Source: an uncultured Bacteroidales bacterium
GTDB lineage: Bacteria; Bacteroidota; Bacteroidia; Bacteroidales; VadinHA17
DNA length: 64,000 nt
Assembly: GCA_963717685.1 (NCBI GenBank)
Contig: OY970346.1
Span: 578,970 to 642,969 of the forward strand
Reading direction: 5' to 3'
The notes below the pieces were generated by a model. It was not told the origin of the DNA. It saw nothing but the letters and a program-made list of their open reading frames with translations, and searched no databases. This document shows positions 20,627 through 28,382 of this stretch, piece after piece; positions within the stretch are counted from its first letter, which is position 1; each line of letters starts with the position of its first letter. The position numbers were made by a program, and so were the translations under genes.

Positions 20627-20668
20627 TCATCGGGGACCGGCGACCGGCTACAGGCGACCGGTTGTCGG
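20627..20668. repeat. heptamer array (TCATCGG GGACCGG CGACCGG CTACAGG CGACCGG TTGTCGG)
   Basis: Six tandem imperfect 7-mers, 20 bp from the previous array. Confidence 0.85.
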
Positions 20669-20680
20669 CCATGGACCTGG

Positions 20681-21646
20681 CTACTCAAATGGATTCTCTC
20701 TTCTGAAATCAGGCCTGTAGTTAAGATTACTGTCCATATCCTGGACCCAGCCGTTACGGAATCCAAGTCTATGCATTTCCTCAGCGACCAGTTCATATTC
20801 TTCCCTGTAAACCGATCTGTTAAGAAGAAAATGATCATTCACACCAGGAACAGGATGATACTGTGACATCAGGGAGAGGTGAACTCCGGGAGAAAGTTCT
20901 TCGGCGATCGATCTGAGCACCTTCCTGCTTTCTTCAGCATGCCCTGGCAGAACGAGGTGACGGATAAGCATTCCCTTTTCGGCCATCCCATTCTCATCGA
21001 GCCGGAGCGTTGAACCGGTCTGATAGTACATCCTTCCCAGGGCTTTAAGGGCAATTTCGGGATAATCCGCGGTGTCAGAGTATTCAAGTGCCAGCCGGGA
21101 CGTTACATATTTATAATCCGGGAGCCAGACATCAATCAGCCCATCAAGGCTGTCGATTACTTCAGGCTTGTCGTAGCCGTTTGTATTATATACCGTTACA
21201 GGATTAAATCCCCTTCCATTCAGGCCCCTGATAATTGCCTTCACCTGTGGGACTACATGGGACGGCGATACAAACCCTAATGATTTTATGCCTTTTGAAA
21301 GGATCCTTTCAATCTCATCAAGAGCCTCCTTAAAAGAAATGCTCTTTCTTCTGAGATCACCGTCTGTGCGGCTAATATCATAGTTCTGACAATATATACA
21401 ATGCATGTTGCATCCCGCGAAAAAAATGTTGCAGATGCCATCCGGGCCGCTTAAGGGTGGTTCTTCCCCGCGGTGGATACATACCGATGCAATGTTCATG
21501 CCGGCATCTGCTCCGCAATAGCCGTCGCCTCCCCGGAACCTGTCAGCCCGGCATTCGCGGGGACAAAGAGTACAGTTTGAAAGCAATTCCCGCTCTTCCC
21601 TGGTATATATCTCCTCTGTTTTCAACAGCATCAAATAACTGATCAC
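20681..21646 (-). CDS. radical SAM protein, PflX-like (pyruvate formate-lyase activase homologue family)
   Basis: 321 aa with a CNMHCIYCQN (CX3CX2C) radical-SAM cluster motif. An extra N-terminal Cys-rich segment (CTLCPRECRADR...YCG) is also present. Confidence 0.8.
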   Translation of the reverse strand: MISYLMLLKTEEIYTREERELLSNCTLCPRECRADRFRGGDGYCGADAGMNIASVCIHRGEEPPLSGPDGICNIFFAGCNMHCIYCQNYDISRTDGDLRRKSISFKEALDEIERILSKGIKSLGFVSPSHVVPQVKAIIRGLNGRGFNPVTVYNTNGYDKPEVIDSLDGLIDVWLPDYKYVTSRLALEYSDTADYPEIALKALGRMYYQTGSTLRLDENGMAEKGMLIRHLVLPGHAEESRKVLRSIAEELSPGVHLSLMSQYHPVPGVNDHFLLNRSVYREEYELVAEEMHRLGFRNGWVQDMDSNLNYRPDFRRENPFE

Positions 21647-21893
21647 AAAGGTCGCAAAGATATGTCAAAGTGTACAATGAGACATCGGATAAAAACCGAT
21701 TCTTTCTTTATTTACCACGAAGTCACACGGATCAACACGGAGCGGGGTCACGGAGTTATTTTTATCACAGGTGACATTTAGACTCAGAATAAAAAAACCG
21801 TGCGACACTGTGGTTTACTCAGTGCAACTCGTGGTAAAACACTCAGGTTCTTATAATAATTACCTGTATTTTTGTTATTTTAAAAACATTATA

Positions 21894-21901
21894 TATATTT
21901 G
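21894..21901 (+). promoter_or_regulatory. candidate -7 promoter box (TATATTTG) for rimP-nusA-infB
   Basis: TAnnTTTG match 69 nt upstream of the rimP ATG. A second match (TATTTTTG) lies at 21867-21874. Confidence 0.4.
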
Positions 21902-21929
21902 CAACCGATTTGAGGGGTATTTGAGCCTA

Positions 21930-21945
21930 GGGGACCAGAGTCCCC
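21930..21945 (+). promoter_or_regulatory. leader hairpin GGGGAC-CAGA-GTCCCC followed by TATTTTATTA
   Basis: Perfect 6-bp GC-rich stem followed by a T-rich tract, 25 nt upstream of the rimP start. Confidence 0.4.
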
Positions 21946-21969
21946 TATTTTATTATCAGTAAATAAGGC

Positions 21970-22419
21970 ATGATTGAAAAGAGCAAAATAGAAAAGCTTG
22001 TCAGTGAGTTCATTAAAGGAACACCGGTGTTCCTTGTCGGTGTCAAAACCAGCAGTTCGAACAGGATTTTGGTCCTGATCGACACTGTAAAGGGTTTAAC
22101 AATAGATGAATGTGCCGAGCTTCACCACAAGCTTGAAAAAAGCCTTGACCGGAATATAGAGGACTTTGAACTTCAGGTCTCATCTCCCGGTCTTGATATG
22201 CCTTTCGCAGTAATTGAACAGTATCATAAGAACGAGGGCAGCAAGGTTGAAGTCGTTGACAGTGACGGAGAAAAATTTACCGGGATACTGAAGAATGTAA
22301 CCAGCGGCGGCTTTGAACTTGAAACTGAAATAAAGGTAAAAGGAAAAGGGAGGGAAATCAAAGAACTCTCTTTCAACCTTGACCAGGTAAAATCGACGAA
22401 ATTAGTTTTAACTATTTAA
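21970..22419 (+). CDS. rimP: ribosome maturation factor RimP
   Basis: 149-aa ORF directly upstream of nusA-infB in the conserved operon order. Size and sequence pattern fit RimP. Confidence 0.85.
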   Translation: MIEKSKIEKLVSEFIKGTPVFLVGVKTSSSNRILVLIDTVKGLTIDECAELHHKLEKSLDRNIEDFELQVSSPGLDMPFAVIEQYHKNEGSKVEVVDSDGEKFTGILKNVTSGGFELETEIKVKGKGREIKELSFNLDQVKSTKLVLTI

Positions 22420-22442
22420 TAATTACAAGAGGTTTAAGCCAG

Positions 22443-23681
22443 ATGGAAAATGTTAATTTGATCGACACCTTTTCGGAATTCAAAGAGCTGAAGAATATTG
22501 ACCGTCCAACGATGATGAGTGTCCTGGAGGATGTTTTCAGGGGGATGCTGGCAAAAAAATACGGATCGGCCGATAATTTTGACATTATCGTAAATATCGA
22601 CAAAGGTGACTTTGAGATTTGGAGAAACAGGGTTGTGGTCGATGAGGCGGATCTTACGGATCCGATTACACAGATACCTCTTTCAGAGGCAAAAAAGATC
22701 GATGACGACTATGAGGTCGGCGAAGAGGTTTCCGATGAGGTTAAATTTCTCGATTTCGGCAGAAGGGCGATACTGTCGCTCAGGCAAAACCTTACTGCCA
22801 GGATACTTGACCTTGAAAAGAACAATATTTACATTAAATACAAGGACAGGATCGGAGAGATAGTCATGGGGGAAGTGTACCAGGTTTGGAAAAGAGAGAT
22901 CCTTGTTCTTGATGATGACGGCAATGAGCTTATCATTCCGAAAAGCGAGCAGATCCCTTCCGATCATTTCAGAAAAGGCGACTCCATAAGGGCAGTCGTC
23001 ATTAAGGTGGAAATGAGGAACAATACTCCTTTCATTATATTGAGCCGGACCTCTCCTGTCTTTCTTGAAAGACTGTTTGAGCTCGAGGTCCCTGAGATCT
23101 TTGACGGTCTTATTACAATTAAAAAGATCGTCAGGGTTCCGGGAGAACGCGCAAAGGTTGCCGTGGAATCATACGACGAAAGGATCGACCCCGTAGGTGC
23201 ATGCGTGGGAATGAAGGGATCAAGAATACATGGAATAGTGAGGGAACTGCGGAATGAGAATATTGATGTAATAAATTATACATCAAATAACCAGCTTTTC
23301 ATACAGAGAGCGCTGAGCCCGGCCAAGATCACTTCAATAAAACTCATTGAAGAGACTAAGAAAGCCGAAATATATCTTAAGCCGAATGAAGTATCGCTGG
23401 CCATTGGCAAGGGAGGCCTTAACATAAAGCTTGCAAGCCAGCTGACCGGTTACGAGATCGACGTTTACAGGGAACCGGGAGGCGAAGATGAAGAAGATGT
23501 CAATCTTGAGGAATTCAGCGATGAAATTGAAGACTGGATCATTGATGAGCTCAAGGCAATCGGTTGCGATACGGCAAGAAGCGTCCTGAATCTTTCGGTC
23601 AGCGATCTCGTTAAAAGAACCGATCTTGAGGAAGAAACGGTAAAGGAAGTCGTGAATATCCTGAAAGCCGAATTCGAATAA
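22443..23681 (+). CDS. nusA: transcription termination/antitermination factor NusA
   Basis: 412 aa with an N-terminal domain, an S1 domain (GEVYQVWKREILV), two KH domains (GACVGMKGSRI, AIGKGGLNIKLA) and an acidic C-terminus. Confidence 0.95.
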   Translation: MENVNLIDTFSEFKELKNIDRPTMMSVLEDVFRGMLAKKYGSADNFDIIVNIDKGDFEIWRNRVVVDEADLTDPITQIPLSEAKKIDDDYEVGEEVSDEVKFLDFGRRAILSLRQNLTARILDLEKNNIYIKYKDRIGEIVMGEVYQVWKREILVLDDDGNELIIPKSEQIPSDHFRKGDSIRAVVIKVEMRNNTPFIILSRTSPVFLERLFELEVPEIFDGLITIKKIVRVPGERAKVAVESYDERIDPVGACVGMKGSRIHGIVRELRNENIDVINYTSNNQLFIQRALSPAKITSIKLIEETKKAEIYLKPNEVSLAIGKGGLNIKLASQLTGYEIDVYREPGGEDEEDVNLEEFSDEIEDWIIDELKAIGCDTARSVLNLSVSDLVKRTDLEEETVKEVVNILKAEFE

Positions 23682-23735
23682 GAGCAAATGAACCATAATC
23701 CCATTTTGAGGTTACTATAAAGTCGAGGCATTTTT

Positions 23736-26609
23736 ATGACAGAGGACGTTAAGGCAACGAGATTAAGCAAGGCAGCACGCGAATTCAATGTGGGGATATC
23801 GACCATTGTGGAGTTCCTGCATAAGAAGGGGTTTGATCTCGATCCGAATCCGAATACAAAACTTCCAAATGAAGCATATCTTCTGCTTGTTAAGGAATAC
23901 AGCTCGGATATCAGTGTCAAGAAAGAATCCGAAAAGCTTATCCTTAAGGACCTTCACAGGAAAAAGGAGTCTGTTTCCATAGATGATCTGTCGTCAGAAA
24001 AGAGCGGCGAAGAAGAACCTGAACGTGAAGAGGAAGTGCTGTTTACGGATCTGTCAGGCGCAAAGAAGACTGTCGATATTGTAACTGAAATAAAAAAGCC
24101 TGATATCAAGCTTGTAGGCAAGATCGACCTGGGCAAAACGTTAAAGCCGAAAACATCACAGGAGAAAGCTGTGCCTGAAGAAAAAGTCTCAAAAGAGCAT
24201 GGCGAAGGGAAGAAAACAGCGGCAGGGGAAAAGGAAGCCTCCGCTGAAGAAGGCAAGGAAGAGACGGGCAGGAAGGAAACAGGGTCAAAAGCCGAAATGA
24301 AGGAGCTGACAAAAGAAGCAGCGATTAAAGAGGATGCCGGGACTAAGGCTGTCAAGGAAAAAACTGAAATGCCGGTGCCCCCTGATAAGGAGGAAACCAT
24401 ATCGTCAGAGGCTGCTTCCGGGGAGATAGTCCCTGAAGATGAAATCATCGAATTGTTCAGGCCGGACTTTCAGAAATTGTCAGGTCCGACAGTCGTGGGA
24501 AAGATCGATCTTCCGGTAGAAGAGAAAAAGAAGCCTTCATCTTATCAACCTGTGAATATCAGCGGTGATTCGGATTTCAGAAGAAAGAAAAGAAGAAAAA
24601 GGATCACAAAGGAAAAGGAACAGGTGTCTTTTGTAAAACCCGATCAGGCGGATAAAAAAGAAAAACCGGGCAAAAAGGTTGTGAAGAAAAGGCCCGTCAG
24701 GGTTGAAGTTGATGAGGAAGAAGTTCAGAAACAGATCAAGGAAACGCTTGCAAGGCTTACAACAAAGGGAAAATCGAAGGGATCGAGGTACAGAAGAGAG
24801 AAAAGGGAAGCCATAAGCCAGAAACATCGCGAAGTCGAGGATAAGATCGAACAGGATAAGAATATCCTCAAGGTCACTGAATTTGTTTCGGTGAATGAGC
24901 TGGCCCTCATGATGGATGTTCCCGTCACGGAAATTATTTCAACGTGTATGAATCTCGGTCTTTTTGTTTCCATCAATCAGAGGCTTGATGCTGAGACGCT
25001 GGCTCTTCTGGCTGACGAGTTCGGATTCAAGGTTGAATTCGTCAGTGCCGAACTCCAGGAAGCTGTGAGAGAAGAAGGAGACGAAGAAAAGAATCTTAAG
25101 CCAAGGCCGCCTATAGTCACGGTCATGGGGCATGTCGACCATGGAAAGACAAAACTGCTTGATTATATAAGAAGAACCAACGTAATTGCAGGCGAAGCAG
25201 GAGGCATAACCCAGCATATAGGAGCCTATGCGGTAAGACTTGATGACGGGCGCAGGATAACCTTTCTCGACACGCCGGGACACGAGGCTTTCACCGCCAT
25301 GCGTGCCCGGGGTGCACAGATCACCGATATCGCAATTATTGTAGTGGCTGCCGATGATGGCGTGATGCCGCAGACCATTGAGGCCATAAATCATGCCTCG
25401 GCGGCCGGAGTGCCAATAGTATTTGCCATAAACAAGATTGATAAGCCCACTTCAAATCCGGACAAGATCAAGGAAGACCTTTCCAAGATGAATTACCTGG
25501 TTGAAGACTGGGGAGGAAAATACCAGTCTCAGGAAATTTCCGCAAAAACCGGTCTTAATATCGACCAGCTCCTGGAAAAGGTCCTTCTTGAGGCTGAAAT
25601 GCTCGATCTTAAAGCCAATCCTGACAAACCGGCAATCGGGACGATCATCGAATCATCCCTGGATAAGGGACGCGGCTATACTTCCACCGTCCTCGTCAAG
25701 GCAGGAACCCTGAGAGTCGGAGACATAATGCTTGCAGGCGGAAGCTTCGGACACATAAAGGCAATGTATAACGAAAGGGGCGCAAAAATAGATGAGGTGA
25801 CACCTGCAATGCCTGCGCTGGTGCTGGGATTGAACGGAGCTCCCCAGGCAGGAGATAAATTCAATGTGATGGGCAGCGACCGCGAGGCAAAGGATATTGC
25901 CACAAAACGGCTTCAGCTTCAAAGGGAACAGGGTCTGCGGACACAGAAGCATATTACTCTTGATGAAATAGGAAGAAGGATTGCAATAGGCAACTTCCAG
26001 GAGCTTAATATTATCGTCAAGGGTGACGTCGACGGTTCCGTGGAAGCCCTGAGCGATTCACTTATAAAGCTCTCGACACCTGAGATACAGCTTAATATAA
26101 TCCACAAGGCCGTAGGGCAGATCTCTGAATCGGATATACTACTTGCTGCCGCATCAAATGCAGTTGTTATCGGGTTCCAGGTGCGTCCTTCGTTAAGTGC
26201 AAGGAAACTTGCAGAAAAGGAAGAGATCGATATCAGGCTTTATTCAATCATCTATAATGCCATCGAGGAGATAAGGTCCGCAATGGAAGGGATGCTTTCA
26301 CCTGAGGTCAGGGAAGAAATCGTTGCCACTCTTGAAATAAAGGAAATATTCAAGGTCACCAAGGTTGGCACCGTAGCCGGATGCTATGTCAAGGAAGGCA
26401 AGATAACCAGGAATACGAAAGTGCGCATCATCCGCGAAGGCATAGTAATTTACACCGGCGAGCTTGGATCACTTAAAAGATTCAAGGATGACGTCAAGGA
26501 GGTTGTCGGCGGTTTTGAATGTGGCCTGAATATCCAGAACTTCAACGATATCAAAATTGGTGATGTCATTGAAGGCTACCAGGAAGTCGAAATCAAGAAA
26601 ACCCTATAA
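23736..26609 (+). CDS. infB: translation initiation factor IF-2
   Basis: 957 aa with a K/E-rich N-terminal region and a GTPase domain containing [13 protein letters not shown] and NKID. Confidence 0.97.
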   Translation: MTEDVKATRLSKAAREFNVGISTIVEFLHKKGFDLDPNPNTKLPNEAYLLLVKEYSSDISVKKESEKLILKDLHRKKESVSIDDLSSEKSGEEEPEREEEVLFTDLSGAKKTVDIVTEIKKPDIKLVGKIDLGKTLKPKTSQEKAVPEEKVSKEHGEGKKTAAGEKEASAEEGKEETGRKETGSKAEMKELTKEAAIKEDAGTKAVKEKTEMPVPPDKEETISSEAASGEIVPEDEIIELFRPDFQKLSGPTVVGKIDLPVEEKKKPSSYQPVNISGDSDFRRKKRRKRITKEKEQVSFVKPDQADKKEKPGKKVVKKRPVRVEVDEEEVQKQIKETLARLTTKGKSKGSRYRREKREAISQKHREVEDKIEQDKNILKVTEFVSVNELALMMDVPVTEIISTCMNLGLFVSINQRLDAETLALLADEFGFKVEFVSAELQEAVREEGDEEKNLKPRPPIVTVMGHVDHGKTKLLDYIRRTNVIAGEAGGITQHIGAYAVRLDDGRRITFLDTPGHEAFTAMRARGAQITDIAIIVVAADDGVMPQTIEAINHASAAGVPIVFAINKIDKPTSNPDKIKEDLSKMNYLVEDWGGKYQSQEISAKTGLNIDQLLEKVLLEAEMLDLKANPDKPAIGTIIESSLDKGRGYTSTVLVKAGTLRVGDIMLAGGSFGHIKAMYNERGAKIDEVTPAMPALVLGLNGAPQAGDKFNVMGSDREAKDIATKRLQLQREQGLRTQKHITLDEIGRRIAIGNFQELNIIVKGDVDGSVEALSDSLIKLSTPEIQLNIIHKAVGQISESDILLAAASNAVVIGFQVRPSLSARKLAEKEEIDIRLYSIIYNAIEEIRSAMEGMLSPEVREEIVATLEIKEIFKVTKVGTVAGCYVKEGKITRNTKVRIIREGIVIYTGELGSLKRFKDDVKEVVGGFECGLNIQNFNDIKIGDVIEGYQEVEIKKTL

Positions 26610-26978
26610 AAGCGCTTTGTAGCTTTCGGCTGAAAGCAGCTCTTTTACTTCAGCAGGATTGGAAATCCTGATCTTTATCATCCATCCTTTACCATAGGGG
26701 TCCTTGTTCACGGAATCAGGCGATTCCTCAAGAGACGGGTTGACTTCGAGAATCCCGCCACCAACCGGCATGAACATGTCTGAGACTGTTTTTACTGCTT
26801 CGATAGTGCCGAAGACTGCTCCCTTATCAAGAGTTTCTCCAAGTGTTTCAATTTCAATAAAGACGACATCGCCGAGCTCACCCTGGGCAAAGTCGGTAAT
26901 TCCCACATAGCCAGTATCTCCTTCAACCTTCAGCCACTCGTGGTCCCTGGTATAGAACAGATTTTCCGGAACGTTCAT
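26604..26978 (-). CDS. gcvH: glycine cleavage system protein H
   Basis: 124 aa with the lipoyl-lysine motif IEAVKTVSD. Its stop overlaps the infB stop by 6 nt (convergent). Confidence 0.93.
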   Translation of the reverse strand: MNVPENLFYTRDHEWLKVEGDTGYVGITDFAQGELGDVVFIEIETLGETLDKGAVFGTIEAVKTVSDMFMPVGGGILEVNPSLEESPDSVNKDPYGKGWMIKIRISNPAEVKELLSAESYKALL

Positions 26979-27065
26979 AATTTTTGTATTAAGAATTTAA
27001 CTTTTCTACTGCCCAAAAATAAAAAAAATATTTACCGGCAGAAATGATTAAAGATTTTATACGTT

Positions 27066-28076
27066 TTATCTTGTCGAGCCTTTTATGACAAGCTCTGTCT
27101 TTATTACTATTGTCTGGAAATTCTTTTCGTGAGTGTTCTCGAGGCTGCTTATAAGAAGCCGCACGGCTTCCTTGCCCACGATATAGCCGTGCTGCTCCAC
27201 TGATGTGAGAGGAGGATCAGTGAGCTCTGAAATCATTCCGCTTGTAAAACCGACTATCGAAATGTTGTCCGGCACTTTGCATCCGCCCATCTTAACCATT
27301 CTCATGGCCTCAGCAGCAGTCAGGTCGTTAACCGCAAAAATGCCATCGGGCTTTCTGACTCTTTTAATCAGCTCCGGGACAATAATCCGGGCTTCTTCAG
27401 CAGTGTCGCATTTGATTATGTTTTCTTCGCGAACCGGGAGATTACTTTCCTTGAGGGCTTTTATATATCCGTTCTTCCTGTTTTTAGCAATCAGAAGGTT
27501 CTGGGGAGCCGACAGGTGGATTATTTCCCTGCATCCAGTGCTGATAAGGTGCTTTACTCCTTCGTAAGCACCAGTTTCATCGTCAACGATAACCCGGTCG
27601 GTTTCAATCTCATCGCATATCCTGTCAAAAAACACAAGCGGAATTCCATTTTCGGTTATATTTCTGAAATGGTCAAACTTCTCAGTGAGTTTACAGAGCG
27701 ACACCAGTATCCCGTCGACCCTGCTTGATAACAGGGTGTTTACGGCCTTGACCTCTCTCTCATATGATTCATTTGACTGGCAGAACATCACGTGGTAACC
27801 GGAATTATAGGCAAGATCTTCAATCCCGCTTATGACTGTGGAAAAGAAATAATGAACTATCTCGGGGACTATAACGCCGATTGTCTTGCTCTGGCCGCTC
27901 TTGAGACTTAAGGCAATCGGATCAGGCTTGTAGTTCCATTTCTCGACAAGGGCTCTTACAGCTTTCTTGGTAGCAGGGCTGATATCGGGGTGTCCCTTTA
28001 AAGCTTTTGAAACAGTGGAAGGAGAAATACCCAGTTCCCTTGCAATATCCTTTATTGTCACCTGTCCCTTATTCAT
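27066..28076 (-). CDS. LacI-family transcriptional regulator (putative maltodextrin locus regulator)
   Basis: 336 aa with an N-terminal HTH (TIKDIARELGISPSTVSKALKG) and a periplasmic-binding-protein-like sugar domain. Divergent from susC. Confidence 0.9.
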   Translation of the reverse strand: MNKGQVTIKDIARELGISPSTVSKALKGHPDISPATKKAVRALVEKWNYKPDPIALSLKSGQSKTIGVIVPEIVHYFFSTVISGIEDLAYNSGYHVMFCQSNESYEREVKAVNTLLSSRVDGILVSLCKLTEKFDHFRNITENGIPLVFFDRICDEIETDRVIVDDETGAYEGVKHLISTGCREIIHLSAPQNLLIAKNRKNGYIKALKESNLPVREENIIKCDTAEEARIIVPELIKRVRKPDGIFAVNDLTAAEAMRMVKMGGCKVPDNISIVGFTSGMISELTDPPLTSVEQHGYIVGKEAVRLLISSLENTHEKNFQTIVIKTELVIKGSTR

Positions 28077-28231
28077 ATTCCTCTTTTCAGAATTCTACAA
28101 GTTAGCTTAAAAAATTCTATTTTCTTCCATCATGATGAAAAATGATGCTTTACGAAGATCAACAGAAGAGAAAAAGCATGATTTTAAATAAAATTAACAT
28201 TTTTTATAACAGTTTTTAAAATATTATTGGC

Positions 28232-28247
28232 ATTTCAAACGTTTGCG
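28232..28247. promoter_or_regulatory. candidate LacI-type operator ATTTCAAACGTTTGCG
   Basis: CG-centred palindromic core AAACGTTT. Twelve contiguous nt (TTTCAAACGTTT) are identical to a second site at 47006-47021. Confidence 0.55.
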
Positions 28248-28309
28248 ATAATATAACATAATCGCTTGAAAATTAATGTATTCAAATACTCTTTATATTA
28301 ATTTTTTTA

Positions 28310-28317
28310 TACATTTG
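28310..28317 (+). promoter_or_regulatory. candidate -7 promoter box (TACATTTG) for susC operon
   Basis: TAnnTTTG match 66 nt upstream of the susC-like ATG. Confidence 0.45.
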
Positions 28318-28382
28318 TAAGTTATTTTTATAAATAATCATATTACCCTAATTATAATACTAAATCTTAAACCAGACATCCA

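Noticed and set aside
20565-20668. Two ~42-bp repeat blocks separated by a 20-bp unique spacer, which superficially resembles a mini-CRISPR.
   Set aside because: The blocks are internally 7-nt periodic and not in the same register. There are only two of them, no cas genes are present, and the same heptamers occur at four other loci. This is not a CRISPR array.
19797-21646. Nitroreductase/SagB-like gene next to a radical SAM gene, as a possible RiPP or cofactor-maturation cluster.
   Set aside because: The genes are convergent and so not co-transcribed. No precursor-peptide ORF or other tailoring genes are present, and the radical SAM protein looks like the widespread PflX-like family.
23990-24830. 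Highly K/E-rich, repetitive segment in infB, with long antisense ORFs (23954-24448, 24537-24827, 24725-24976).
   Set aside because: A low-complexity charged N-terminal region is normal for IF-2. The antisense ORFs mirror the compositional bias and lie entirely within a high-confidence gene.
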